Shown: positions 20,917-32,900 of the stretch, in pieces | Position numbering within the stretch: the first letter of the stretch is position 1 | How the letters are laid out: the number at the start of each line of letters is the position of its first letter | Source: Microcoleus sp. | GTDB taxonomy: Bacteria > Cyanobacteriota > Cyanobacteriia > Cyanobacteriales > Microcoleaceae | Direction: 5' to 3' | Assembly: GCA_052279835.1 (NCBI GenBank) | Contig: CP181291.1 | Location: 5,984,001 to 6,048,000 of the forward strand | DNA length: 64,000 nucleotides | Program-made: the position numbers and the translations under genes | Notes under the pieces: model-generated | Told to the model about the DNA's origin: nothing | Seen by the model: only the letters and a program-made list of their open reading frames with translations | Databases searched by the model: none

Positions 20917-21103
20917 CTATTAAATAGACAAGGTGGTACACTTATAGACAAATCTACGACCATTTTGTTCAAACCTTGCGCGATTCCCAAAAAAGCTTGG
21001 ATTATCAGTAAAGACACTCGCTTTCGCAGGGATGTTTCGGGGAAGTTACCAGCCAAACGCACCCTGTCGGGTCATCGGTGAAATCCAGTGTTGAGGTCGA
21101 ACA

Positions 21104-21860
21104 ATGCTTTTATCCATCAAAACAAAGTTAAAGCTAAACAAGAGTCAGGCAACAATTATGAGCAAACACGCAGGAATAGCGAGGTTTACTTATAACTGGG
21201 GATTGGCTACTTGGAGCAACCTTTATAAAGATGGAGTAGCGCCCAACAAATACCTGCTTAAGAAATTCTTCAACAATCATGTGAAACCTGAGTTTACATG
21301 GATTAAAGAAACAGGAATCTGCCAGAAAATAACTCAATACGCTTTTGACAATCTTGGAGACTCTTTCTCCTTATTTTTCAAGAAAAAAGGTGGATATCCT
21401 AAGTTCAAGAAAAAAGGACATCACGACTCTTTCACGATAGACGCAGGCGGTAAGCCTATCCCTGTCGGCGGTAAGTCTATAAAGCTGCCGACAATCGGCT
21501 GGGTGAAAACTCATGAAGGACTACCTCACACGACTTGCAAGTCAATTACTATTTCACGTACTGCCGATAGTTGGTTTATCGCTTTTGCTTATGAACAAAA
21601 TCATGAACCGACCATCAAAAGTCATGAGGTTGTAGGAGTTGATTTGGGAGTAAAAGAGTTAGCTACCCTTTCAACAGGCGTAGTATTTCCCAACCCAAAA
21701 CACTACAAATCGCATCGGGCAAAACTCAAGAGATTATCAAGAGTTATGGTGAGAAAAGTGAAAGGCTCTAATAATAGACAGAAAGCTAAAGTCCAGCTAG
21801 GGAAACATCATGCAAAAATAGCAAACCTGAGAAAAAACACTCTGCATCAAATCACTACTT
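21104..21860 (+). pseudogene. tnpB: IS607-type TnpB, 5' part
   Basis: KHAGIARFTYNWGL, GVDLGVKELA RuvC-I, ends at LHQITT. Confidence 0.85.
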
Positions 21861-23061
21861 AATTCCTATGGTTTCAGATGCGGTAGAAGCTGTCAAGACG
21901 CTATCGCCCAAAACTTTATAAGAGTCAAAAGCGACAGAGACACTTGGGTTCTAGAAGCAGATGTTCAAGGCTTCTTTGATAACATTGCACATGAATCTAT
22001 CCTCAATCAATTAGGAAGTTTCCCAAGAAAAGACTTGATTAAAAGATGGTTAAAAGCTGGATTTATCTTTGAAGGGAAATACAACTTAACAGAGACGGGC
22101 ACACCACAAGGAGGGGTTTGTTCGCCGCTCCTAGCCAATATCGGGTTGCATGGACTAGAAATATTTATCAAGTCCACCAACTCAAAATTTGGAGTGGTCA
22201 GATATGCTGATGACTTTATAGTTACAGCTCGAGACAAAGGAAGTCTTGAAAATGCCCAAATCCAGATTCAACAATGGCTATCAGAAAGAGGTTTGAATCT
22301 TAGCACGGAGAAGACTCTAATCACGTCAATGGAAGATGGTTTCGACTTCCTCGGCTTCAACCATCGCCATTACAATGGTAAATTGCTTATCAAACCATCG
22401 AAGAAAAAAGTCCTAGACTTCTGTAAGCGACTTGGGAAAGAAATTAAAGCAATTAATGGGTATGAACAAGAGTTAGTCATTAGAAGACTGAATCCGATTC
22501 TTCGAGGTTTTGCCAATTACTATAAAGGAGTAGTTAGCAAAGAAACCTTTAGTTACATCTCCTCAAGATTATGGAGATACCTTTGGTGTTGGGCAAAGCG
22601 TAGACACCCCAACAAAAGTAAAAAATGGATTCGGAAACGTTACTTCAAAACCATCAATGGCAATAAATGGACCTTCGCTACCACTATTAGCGATCGCCGA
22701 GGGAAAGAAAAGGATTTAATCCTCTACCCGATAGCGTCCACACCCATTGAAAGACACGTCAAGGTTAAGGGGGAAGCGTCACCGGACGACCCCTCACGAG
22801 CGAGAATACTGGGAGAAACGCCACCAAAAACACGGTAGGAGCTACTGGGAAAAAAACTCCCGGAATTACAAAATCGCTCAAAACCAAAACTGGACATGTC
22901 CAATCTGTGGCGAACCATTATTCAATGGGGAGGAAATCGAAACCCACCACACAGCACCTGTTGCTCAAGGCGGACTAGACGACATAGAAAACCTTCAGCA
23001 TTTGCACAAACCGTGTCACAAACAGGTACACAAAACCCAAGTTAAATCTCGCTTGAAGTAA
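21861..23061 (+). pseudogene. group II intron RT/maturase with HNH domain, 5'-truncated and frameshifted near 22800
   Basis: SYGFR, EADVQGFFD, GTPQGG, YADD, FDFLG, domain X, CPICG..HH..GG...NLQHLHKPCH. Confidence 0.85.
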
Positions 23062-23142
23062 GGCTTGAGCGCAGTGAGTTGGAAACTCTCATGCTGCGTT
23101 CTTAGGGGAGGGGAGAGAGGTGACTCTCGAACCTCACCCGAC
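21861..23142 (+). mobile_element. group II intron 1 (inner), 5'-truncated
   Basis: Starts mid-RT at NSYGFR. Domain V GAGCGCAGTGAGTTGGAAACTCTCATGCTGCGTTC (23067-23101), domain VI hairpin and CACCCGAC 3' end. Confidence 0.85.
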
Positions 23143-25210
23143 ACACCGACCAAGCTCAATTCTTGGAGAGTGAAGCTCTTAACTGGGCACAATCAGACGG
23201 CTGTTATGGGCTGACACTGGTGCTAACAGGGAGTTCCTACGGTGAAACCGAGCCTAAAAAAGTAACTTACACCTAGGCAGGGCATAACTTAAAAAACCCT
23301 GACCTCATCAGAGCTAAAGCCCGACGCATCATTTCCACAATAGCGTCCAGAATCTTGGGTTTCTGATAGTTAAAATGGCTACACCTAATGGAACAATCAA
23401 TCATCTGAGGGAACGAATAAAAACGACTTGAGAGTCATGGATACGTCGATTTCCATGTAGGTAAGATGAGATACGGAACTCTCTCAAGACGGGTAGGATG
23501 CGAAGTAATTTTCGCAAGGTATTCAGAAAACACTCAACAGAGCAGAGCATGATTAGACACAGTAGTAATACCAGTGAATCTTGGAAGAATCTACCGTGGA
23601 AGAAGTTCCGCAAAGATTTATTTCGCCTACAAAAGAGAGTGTTCAAAGCGGTTCAAGCAGGAAACAAGCGGAAAGCGCAGTCTCTGCAAAGACTTATTCT
23701 GAAATCCAAAGCTGCTAGATTCCTAGCAATTCGACAAGTAACACAGCTAAACGCTGGCAAGAAAACAGCAGGTGTTGACGGTGTAAAATCTCTCGGCTTT
23801 ACAGGACGTTTCTACCTAGAAACAATACTTAAAGAGTCGGCAGGTAATTGGCATCATCAAGGACTACGGGAAATCCCAATCCCAAAAAAGGACGGGACAA
23901 CCAGAATGCTAAAAATCCCAACTATCGCGGATAGAGCTTGGCAATGCCTCGCTAAATACGCTTTAGAACCAGCTTGCGCGTTGCAACATTCCATGCTTAC
24001 AGCTACGGGTTCAGAGCCGGACGCTCCGCGCACGATGCACAGAAAATCCTGTTCAACAATCTAAGAAGCTACTGTAATGGAATGGAAAAACGAGTGATCG
24101 AACTCGACATAGAAAAATGCTTCGACAGGATTAGTCACACCACCATAATGGACAACTTAATTGCGCCCAAAGGTATCAAGCTCGGAATCTTCCGATGCCT
24201 AAAAGCTGGGGTCAACCCCGATTTCCCGGAACAAGGAACTCCTCAAGGTGGGGTGGTGAGTCCCCTATTAGCCAACATCGCTCTTAACGGGATTGAAAGT
24301 ATTCACAGATACCATAAGGATGGATTTAGAATAACGGACAAAACCCCAGCGTCAAACATTGTCGAAACATCAATCCGTTATGCGGATGATATGGTGATAA
24401 TGCTTAGACCTCAAGACGATGCAGTCAAAATACTTGCCGACATTGATAGTTTTTTAGCAGCAAGAGGAATGATGGTAAGTGCTAAAAAGACCAAGATTAC
24501 CGCCGCGACAGATGGCTTCGACTTTCTCGGCTGGCATTTTAAAGTGTTAAGCGACGGAAGATTTAAAAGCTACCCCTCTGTGGATAACTTTAAAAAGTTC
24601 CGTTTGAAGGTAAAGAACATCGTTAATTGCTCGAATTATGGTTCTAAGGTAAAAGCCGAAAAGCTAGCACCAATAGTTAGAGGATGGAGAAATTACCATA
24701 GGTTCTGTGATATGTCAGGAGCAAGGTTTTCACTTTGGTTCTTAAATCACAGAACATACACGGTATTTAACAAGGAATCCAAAAATACCAGAGAATCAAG
24801 CGTTAAGCTTGTTAAGAAGGCATTTCCAACGGTTCCTTACTCCGAAAACAAACACATCTCCGTCAAAGGGGATAAATCGCCCTATGACGGAGATTTAACT
24901 TATTGGAGCGAACGCAATAGTAAGTTATACGATGATTTGACCTCTAAAGCCCTTAAAAAGCAAAACCATTCATGCGGTCATTGTGGGATGAAATTTATGA
25001 GCGACGAGCGAGTAAATCTACATCACATCGACGAGAATCATGATAACTGGAAACCTAAAAATCTTCTAGCAATCCACGAATCCTGTCATGACTACTCACA
25101 CATGAGCAAAAGGGTCACTCCCTAAGAATATCGGGAGCTGGATGCACGGAAACGGGCACGTCCAGTTCTAACTGAGAGGTGCTGGGGATAATACCCCACA
25201 TCGACTCAAC
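23143..25210 (+). mobile_element. group II intron 2 (outer), 5' end missing
   Basis: About 400 nt non-coding intron RNA, RT ORF, domain V GAGCTGGATGCACGGAAACGGGCACGTCCAGTTC (25135-25168), domain VI, GACTCAAC 3' end. The tnpB frame resumes at 25211. Confidence 0.85.
23549..25125 (+). pseudogene. group II intron RT/maturase-HNH, frameshifted near 23975-23982
   Basis: RT0 GKKTAGVDG, IPTIADRAWQ, EPA/ATFHAYSYGFR, PQGG, YADD, CGHCG..HHID.NHDNWK..NL..IHESCHD. Confidence 0.85.
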
Positions 25211-25477
25211 CTGCTAAAGAATCACAAGCTAGCGCAGGTAATAGCTGACTGTGGATTCCATGAATTCAAACGTCAGTTAGAATACAAGGCTAAAAAGTTT
25301 GGTTGTGAAATAATCATTGCTGACCGTTGGTTTCCCTCAAGCAAAACCTGTTCAAATTGCGGACATATACAAGATATGCCACTAAAAGAAAGGACTTACA
25401 ACTGTGGAAGTTGCGGTCATGCGATGGACAGGGATTTGAACGCAGCAATTAATTTATCGCGGTTGGCTAAATCGTGA
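25211..25477 (+). pseudogene. tnpB: IS607-type TnpB, 3' part
   Basis: LLKNHKLAQVIADCGFHEFKRQLEYKA..PSSKTCSNCG..CGSCG..DRDLNAAINL..stop. Not in the ORF track. Confidence 0.85.
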
Positions 25478-25884
25478 AAGCTTACCAAGGGATAACCGCT
25501 CCCATGCTCCCGTTGAAGTAAGAAGCAAATGTCTAGACTTGTCTAGGATTTGTATAGCAGGCTCATTTATTAAACAAATAATAGATAATCGCCAAAAAAT
25601 CCTGTGGTGCTACTCTGGATAATTTATCGACTCAAGTGGGCCACACAGGCTCAAAGTACAAATATAATATACTTGTTTCTTCACAAAAAGCCTTCTCTGA
25701 TTGACCAAAACCGCGAGACCTCAGAGCTAATGTAGTTCATGGCGTCCGCGCTTCTCTTGCCAAACACATCCAGCAGTCACGCCATTTACGCCTTGGTTAT
25801 GTCAAGCTTGGCTATGTCAAGTTTCGATGGGACAAGCTTGGCGGGAACCCTCAATAATTTGCTAAAAAAGCAGGTGTCAGAAAA

Positions 25885-26421
25885 ATGATTAGTGGCGGCC
25901 CAGACTTCATATTACCAGGACTAGGTATAGATCATGCTCCCGAATTCCAAGAACTAGAAACTCCCGAAGGCGAGCTGCACCTGCGGTTTTATGTACCTTC
26001 GGGCAATGAGTTCGCGCTGCCAGCGACAGGGATTAGAGAGGTACTATCCCCCTCCCCAGACCGCATGACACCAATTCCTAACGTTTCTTCCTTGCTTTTA
26101 GGTACGCTAAACATGAGAGGGCGTGTCATTTGGGTGGCAGACTTGGGCCAATTTCTGGGAGACCAAACACCTCTGAATACCGACAGACAGGAAATTCCGA
26201 TCGTAGCTGTAGAAGACCAAGATACGATTTTGGGATTAGCAGTCGATCGAATTGTGGGCATGGACTGGCTCGATGTCGAGCAACTGCACTCGCAGAACAA
26301 TGCACCAGATGGCATGATGCCATTTCTCAGAGGAGAATGGATGTTAGGCGAACCAGGTCAGAAAGTGCTACGACTGCTAGATCAAGTGAAAATTCTGCGC
26401 TCGGCGCGGTGGGCAGCGTGA
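25885..26421 (+). CDS. cheW: chemotaxis coupling protein CheW (PilI/HmpC-like)
   Basis: TPIPNV..LLGTLNMRGRVIWVADL, LGLAVDRI. Confidence 0.92.
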   Translation: MISGGPDFILPGLGIDHAPEFQELETPEGELHLRFYVPSGNEFALPATGIREVLSPSPDRMTPIPNVSSLLLGTLNMRGRVIWVADLGQFLGDQTPLNTDRQEIPIVAVEDQDTILGLAVDRIVGMDWLDVEQLHSQNNAPDGMMPFLRGEWMLGEPGQKVLRLLDQVKILRSARWAA

Positions 26422-26498
26422 AATCAATTTTAGATTGGCGATTTTCGATTGAGTCTAATCACAAACAGTCACAGCGCCGCGTATCTAACATTCAAGAT

Positions 26499-26534
26499 AA
26501 AAATCTAAAATCTAAAATCTAAAATCTAAAATCC
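26499..26534 (+). repeat. STRR heptamer tandem (AAAATCT)n
   Basis: Five tandem copies between cheW and the MCP gene. Confidence 0.8.
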
Positions 26535-26549
26535 AACATGGGGCGGCAA

Positions 26550-29500
26550 ATGGCAACAAGTACCAACTTTCAGCAGGACTACCAACGAGCCGAAGCGGCA
26601 TACATGGAAGGCGACTATCCAGAAGCCGCCGCTCTAGTTTGTCAATTAGTAGCAGATTTTCCCGAAGACCCTAGCGCTCGTCTGCTGTGCGGACACATAT
26701 ATTGTTACGGCCTAGAAGACTACGAAGTGGCACGGGAACAGTACGCAGTAGTGCTGGATTTGAGCGACGACCAAAGCTTGGTTGAACACGCTCATAACGG
26801 GATTAATTACACAGACCAATTTTTACCCGGAGAATTGCCATCAGAAAATTTTGATGCCGAAACGGAATTGGAATTCTACCCAGATAAATCTCTGGATGTA
26901 GGTTTAGAAAACCCCAATTTTGAACTTTTCTCAGGAGATGCCGGTGGCATGGACTGGGAGAACCCATCCCCGAATGGTATGGAAAATGAAGACCTAGCAG
27001 ACTTGGGAATGAGTGCCTTGGGATGGGAACCAAAAGACGACAATGAAATCGGTGCTGCCGATTTAACCATGGCCTCTAACCCCTTTATGAGCGATTCTGG
27101 TGGGATGGCTGCTTACGCTGAGGCGACAGGTCCACTAGACGAGGAATTTGCGAGTTCAGACTTTGGAGATGCTTTTGCCTTAGAAGAGCACGAAGGATTA
27201 GATGATGCCTTTGAAGACAGCAAAGTGTCTGGCAAATCAGTTCCTTACGAGCCAGATTCGTTTTCAGAAGCTCCGACTCAGATTCTCAATGGTAGGGGCT
27301 TTGCTGCTCCCGAAGTTGACAATGACATCGACTTGAACCCAGTAAACTATCCCACGAGCCCATCCCACAATTTTGACGAATCTTTTGTACCCCGCTCCTT
27401 ACCAGATGAATTTGACCTGGACGATGATTTGGATGACTTCTCTTCCTCACCCCCGATCGGTCAAAATCATAATTACGATATAGAAGAAGATGCAGACCCC
27501 TTCGCCCAGGAACTCCCAGGGGAATTTGGGGTGCCCCAAACCAATGGGGAATACTCGTCAAATTATGCCCTGGCTGAAGATGAAACTTTGTTGATGGGCG
27601 GTGCTGTTCCCAACTCTCAAAGTCCCAGGGCGAGGCGGGGAGGTTTGAATTCGAGCGATCGAACTTCCCAAAGTAATGGTTACGGCGATTCTTCGAGTGT
27701 AGCATTCGGCTCCAGGGATAGTTTTGAGTTAGACGCTTTTGATGACGATGCTTTTAATGACTCTTTCTCTCTCGACACTTCCGAACAATTGACTTCTTTC
27801 GGAGCAGGGGGAGCGGCCAGCAGCGATTGGTCATCAAAAGCTGGTAATTCTCCAGAACATAGCGATTTTTTGGATGAATTTGATGCTTTTGATGATTTGG
27901 GCAATTTGCCAGATTTTGATATTTCTGAAGATGTCAATAGTTCGATTCTGACTAGGGGTAGCACTCATTTTGGCAGCTCGAATAGCGGCATGATGGGGAC
28001 TACCAGCAGCAGTCTAGATTTCGATAATACCGATGGCTCGGCTATTCGGGATGATGAGATATTTAGCATGAGTGGTCCGGCCGATACATCGGCGCAAACT
28101 TTTACGGTGACGGAAACAGAGCCTATTGATGCTGCTGTCACTGTGGAACAGGGTGGTCTGGCTTTCTTAGAAAATGCCCCTTTGGCTGCCAAGCATTTTT
28201 ACACAGCAGTCGGGGCCGGACTGGTTTCTCTGGTAGCTGTGGCTTTTGTCACCAACATTGCTTCTTACCAAGCGTTGCGGCAGGATAAGCCAGAGGCGAT
28301 CGTCTATCTGCGCCAAACAGGCTGGGTAATGACCGCAGCAGCAGGTGTTACCAGCTTTTTAACTTCTTGGGGTATCGGTCAGTTAATCGCCAAGCAGGTA
28401 CGGAATTCTTCGGACAATTTGCAAGCTCAATTTGATGCTGTCTCTCAAGGCAATTTGAATGCTCGTGCCACAATTTATTCTGAAGATGAATTTGGCAAAA
28501 TGGCTGCTAAATTCAACCACATGGCGAAGGCCATCCAAACGACTATTAGCGATACCAGACGCAAATCCGACGAGCAGGAACAGGCAAAGGAAGACTTGCA
28601 GCGCCAAGTGATTCGCTTGCTAGACGACGTGGAAGGTGCTGCTCGTGGTGATTTGACCGTGACTGCGGAGGTGACGGCCGATGTATTGGGGGCTGTGGCT
28701 GACTCGTTCAACTTGACGATTCAAAATCTCCGAGAAATCGTCCACCAGGTGAAGCAGGCCGCTAGGGAGGTCAGCCAAGGCGCTACTGATAGTGCCAAGT
28801 TTGCGGGGGATTTGTCTTCCGATGCTCTGCGACAAGCTGAGGAACTGGCGGCAACCCTGAATTCGGTGCAGGTGCTGACGGACGCAATTCAGCGGGTTGC
28901 TGAGAGTGCTAGAGAGGCTGAAGAAGTAGCACGGGGCGCTGCCGCCACCGCTCTTAAAGGCGGCGAGGCTGTGGATCGCACGGTGGCTGGGATTTTAGAT
29001 ATCCGAGAAACAGTAGCAGAAACAACCAGAAAAGTCAAGAGGTTGGCAGAAGCTTCTCAAGAAATTTCTAAGATTGTGGCTTTAATTGCGACGATCGCCT
29101 CCCGGACTAATTTGTTGGCTCTTAACGCTAGTATTGAAGCAGCAAGAGCAGGGGAAGCAGGCAGGGGTTTTGCGATCGTGGCAGATGAGGTGCGGCAGTT
29201 GGCGGACCGATCGGCTAAGTCTCTCAAAGAAATTGAACAGATTGTGATGCAAATTCAGAGTGAGACTGGGGCAGTGATGACAGCGATGGAAGAAGGGACG
29301 CAACAGGTGATTGAGGGGACAAAATTGGCAGAACAGGCTAAGCGATCGCTCGACGATATTATCCAAGTAACTAATCGAATTGACGTGTTGGTGCGATCGA
29401 TTACTGCCGATACTGTGGAGCAGAACGAGACGGCTCGATCGGTGCGGGCAGTTATGCAGGCTGTGGAGTTGACCGCTCAGGAAACCTCCCAGGAAGCACA

Positions 29501-29597
29501 GCGAGTTTCCGGTGCTTTACAAAACTTGGTAGGGGTTGCTCGCGACCTTTTGACCTCGGTGGAAAGATTCCGAGTAGAAACAGTAGACCGACAATAA
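26550..29597 (+). CDS. methyl-accepting chemotaxis protein (PilJ/HmpD-like; TPR, acidic linker, 2 TM, HAMP, MA)
   Basis: RTNLLALNASIEAARAGEAGRGFAIVADEVR signalling motif. Alternative start at 26538. Confidence 0.93.
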   Translation: MATSTNFQQDYQRAEAAYMEGDYPEAAALVCQLVADFPEDPSARLLCGHIYCYGLEDYEVAREQYAVVLDLSDDQSLVEHAHNGINYTDQFLPGELPSENFDAETELEFYPDKSLDVGLENPNFELFSGDAGGMDWENPSPNGMENEDLADLGMSALGWEPKDDNEIGAADLTMASNPFMSDSGGMAAYAEATGPLDEEFASSDFGDAFALEEHEGLDDAFEDSKVSGKSVPYEPDSFSEAPTQILNGRGFAAPEVDNDIDLNPVNYPTSPSHNFDESFVPRSLPDEFDLDDDLDDFSSSPPIGQNHNYDIEEDADPFAQELPGEFGVPQTNGEYSSNYALAEDETLLMGGAVPNSQSPRARRGGLNSSDRTSQSNGYGDSSSVAFGSRDSFELDAFDDDAFNDSFSLDTSEQLTSFGAGGAASSDWSSKAGNSPEHSDFLDEFDAFDDLGNLPDFDISEDVNSSILTRGSTHFGSSNSGMMGTTSSSLDFDNTDGSAIRDDEIFSMSGPADTSAQTFTVTETEPIDAAVTVEQGGLAFLENAPLAAKHFYTAVGAGLVSLVAVAFVTNIASYQALRQDKPEAIVYLRQTGWVMTAAAGVTSFLTSWGIGQLIAKQVRNSSDNLQAQFDAVSQGNLNARATIYSEDEFGKMAAKFNHMAKAIQTTISDTRRKSDEQEQAKEDLQRQVIRLLDDVEGAARGDLTVTAEVTADVLGAVADSFNLTIQNLREIVHQVKQAAREVSQGATDSAKFAGDLSSDALRQAEELAATLNSVQVLTDAIQRVAESAREAEEVARGAAATALKGGEAVDRTVAGILDIRETVAETTRKVKRLAEASQEISKIVALIATIASRTNLLALNASIEAARAGEAGRGFAIVADEVRQLADRSAKSLKEIEQIVMQIQSETGAVMTAMEEGTQQVIEGTKLAEQAKRSLDDIIQVTNRIDVLVRSITADTVEQNETARSVRAVMQAVELTAQETSQEAQRVSGALQNLVGVARDLLTSVERFRVETVDRQ

Positions 29598-29687
29598 TTA
29601 ATTGTCTAATGCTTGTTTTGCTTAGTGAATTACCAGCAGATTAGTGCCGAAATGATGGCATAAAAAAAGCAACCTCGCAGTCTTGAA

Positions 29688-29879
29688 ATGTCTGCGGGGA
29701 TGCCAAATCAGCACTTAAATAAACTAGGAGTTGCCCAGATGGACGATGACATAGTAGATGTATTTTCTGAAATTTTGAGCGAAGTTGAGCCAAGGGGTTG
29801 TAGGGTCGGCGAACTATCAAAAATAGTGGAGGATATGCCCAGACAAAACTTCCGAGCGAGAATGAAATCAAGATGTTAA
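29688..29879 (+). CDS. possible small hypothetical protein
   Basis: 63-aa co-oriented ORF between the MCP and CheA genes. No recognised motif. Confidence 0.3.
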   Translation: MSAGMPNQHLNKLGVAQMDDDIVDVFSEILSEVEPRGCRVGELSKIVEDMPRQNFRARMKSRC

Positions 29880-29960
29880 AAGTCCACGGATTAGTATTAG
29901 AAAAAAGATAGTCTCTCCAACAAATAGCAGAGAAATAAATTAGAAAAAAGGAATAAAACT

Positions 29961-32900
29961 ATGCAAGCAGAGCAACAACAAAGAATCATGGGCTATTTTA
30001 TTGAGGAGGCAAAGGACCATCTCAATACGATCGAACAAGGCTTGCTAAACCTTCAAGCAACGATCGAAGACCCAGAACTGGTCAACGAAGTATTCAGAGC
30101 AGCCCACTCAGTGAAAGGGGGAGCGGCAATGCTGGGGCTGACGAGCATTCAGCAGACAGCCCACAGGCTGGAGGATAGTTTCAAAATCCTCAAGGAATGC
30201 AGCGTGAAAGTAGACCAACAGCTAGAGTCTTTGTTTTTGCGAATATTTGATACCTTGCAGGGACTATTGGAACAACTCTCAGGACCCTTTGGACTCACAG
30301 AAGAACTAGGAGAGCAGATGGTGAGGGACTTGGAGCCGGTGTTCCAGGAGCTCAACGGTCATTTGGGGGGGCTGGTGGGATATAGGGTTGGTGATGGCGA
30401 AGAAAGCAGCCCTTTCTTGCCAGTCAGCATGATGGGGATGATGGGGGCCATGGCTTCGAGTGGGGCGGTGGTGGATTCCCGCGGGACTGGGGGCTGGGGA
30501 GGAGAAGTGCCGGAAGGTTCTGTGCGGATGGTTTTTGAGTCGGATGTGCCGGCGCGGATGCGAGAAATGCTCCAGGAGTTTAAGCAGTCAGAAACAAACC
30601 AAAGCAAAAATCGGCTGAAAAACATTTGTGGGAGTCTCCGGTTGGCGGGGGAGGAGTTTGGTTTGGGTTGTTGGATAGAGTTGATCGAGGTGGTGGAAAG
30701 GGCGATCGCTAATCCAGAAAATTCCTACCGTACCTTGGCTCCGATCGCCATTAAAGATATCAAACAGGCTCAGGAATTAGTGCTCGCCGGGATGGAATCC
30801 TCCATTGTCGTGGGCGCGAGGCTGAGGGAGTTAGCCCTAGTGGCAGATTCCGAAACAGATTTTGAAGACCTATTAGCCTTTGCTCAGCCAGGAAGCGTAA
30901 ATTCCAGACTCAGCACCGAGGAAGATAAAACCTGGAACTTGGTTGAAGATGGCGATAGCGGAGAACAACTGATGTTACCCGCCATTTCTGGCTTGAGTAT
31001 AGATGAGTTGTTTGACAAGCTTGATAGTGGAGATACCAATGACTACGCTGGAGGTCGATCGCCTCAGTTTGGTGACTCGCCTGGATTTGGAGATAGCGAA
31101 TTGGAATCCAGTAGTTGGAGAGTTTCTACTCGCACCGGACCTGAAGTAGGAGCAGCAGAATTGAATACCTTAGCTGATTTGTTCGATGGGGAAAGTCCCG
31201 ACCTTGATGGCGATTGGGAAGGAGAAGATGAGCTAGAAGAAACTACAATTTCTGGGTTTCCCACCAGAGGGTTGCTGCAACCGGATGATGGGGATAGTTC
31301 AGCGGATTTCACCGATTTGCTGCTAGATGACTACCCTACAGTCGTTTCCGATGTAGGCTCTGTTGGCGCTGTGGGAGACTTGACGAGTCTGTTTGGCTCA
31401 GACCTGCTTTCTGGTGAGTCGGGGGAATTCGATAGCGCCCAGAGTCTCGAAGATGAGTATGGGATGCTGGCACGAGGTGCTGTGCCACCGATGGATGGGC
31501 GATCGGGAGGCGGTTTGGCAGAGTCTCAGGAGTCCGATGACCCCTTGGGTAAGCTGTTGGATGAGGTGGCTGCTAGAGCCGCGGTGATGGATGATGTTGG
31601 TTTCGATAATGGGTTATCGAGACAGTTAGAGACATCGGAGACTTCTGAACTCTCGCCGGAGGATATTTTTGAGGATTTAGCTGGCTGGGATGAAAGTGAT
31701 GGGGAGGTTTCTTTGTCGGCGATCGCCCCCCAAGACCAGAGTCAGGAACTGGCAGAGGTGTCATCGCCACTGAAAATAGCAGATTCTGAGGCTGAGGCAG
31801 ATGTGGATTTGGATTTGAGTGAATTGCTGGGAATTACTTCAGATTTCTTGTCCTCAGAAAGTGACAGCACAGAACAGAAGGATGATGGGGATTTGGCTGG
31901 TCTGGAGGCACGCAACCAAGAAATTGACAGTTTATTTAATATGACACCAGATGCAGATTTGGATATTTCTGACGATGAAAATTGGCTGGAAAATGCTTTG
32001 GCTCAAGAGGAATCAGCTTCTCTAGAGGATGGCTCGGAGTCAGATCTAGATTTGGATGCTCTGTTTGGGGGTGTGTCGGAGTCGGGGATGGAGCTAGATG
32101 AAGAGATAGAGCCCATTGGTGTGGGTGGGGCTGGGGTGAGGTCCCAGGAAGCAGCAGATTTAGTGGAGTTGTTTGACTCAGTGCCGACAGGAATTGACCA
32201 TGAGGATGAAAGTTTGGAAGATATTAACACGGCGCAGTGGCTGAGTTTTGAAGATGTTGCGGAATCCCCTGATGTGGAGTTGTCTCTGTCGGAGCGCAAT
32301 ATAGGGGGCGCACTCGATAGTCTGGCGGTTAACTTGCCAGAAAGTGAGTTAGAGCCTGGGTCAGTCAAAATCAGCCGCGGGGATAATCGCATGAATCGGA
32401 ATTTTGACGATGAGAATACTTTTGATTTGCTAGAGGATATGTTTGGGGAGGGCATGGATGCCTCCGCTTCGGAAGCCGCTGCTCCGTCATCTGCGGAGTT
32501 GGAGGAATCTTTGCCTGTTGTTGCGGATGATTCCTTGGACGAAAATGGGGCAGATTTGTTTGAGGGTCTGTCGGCTATGACTGGTGAACTGACTGGCGAT
32601 GATGAGGATGATTTGTTTGAGGTGCTTTCTCGGTCGGTTTCTAGTGGTGATTTGGAAGTGATGTCATCGCAGTTGTCCGATGATGGTTTTGGGGGAGAGA
32701 TTGGTTTGTTGGCGGCGCTGGAAACTGGCGCGACTCTCGATACTGCTGATTTGGATGGTTTTGATGATTTGTTGGATTCCATTGATGCTGGTGCTTTGGT
32801 AACATCCGAGCTGACCTCTGGTTTTTGGGATACAGAGGAATCGCCGACGACAGATACTTCTGAGTTGGATGGTTCTTCGCTGTCGGGCTTTTTTGAGGGT

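Larger units (their letters stand above)
20917..25560 (+). mobile_element. IS607-family element (tnpA remnant + tnpB) interrupted by group II introns
   Basis: TAGAC-type repeats at both ends. Degenerate MerR-HTH remnant KKLGLSVKTL../..SGKLPAKRTLSGHR at about 20990-21081. tnpB halves at 21104-21860 and 25211-25477. End positions approximate. Confidence 0.75.

Noticed and set aside
20917..21103. IStron (group I intron-IS607 hybrid)
   Set aside because: The left region is short and explained by a tnpA remnant. No group I core was recognised and the element is intergenic.
21861..25125. RTs as DGR, retron or CRISPR-associated RTs
   Set aside because: Both have YADD, domain X, HNH and downstream group II domains V/VI. 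No TR/VR pair, msr-msd or cas genes were seen.
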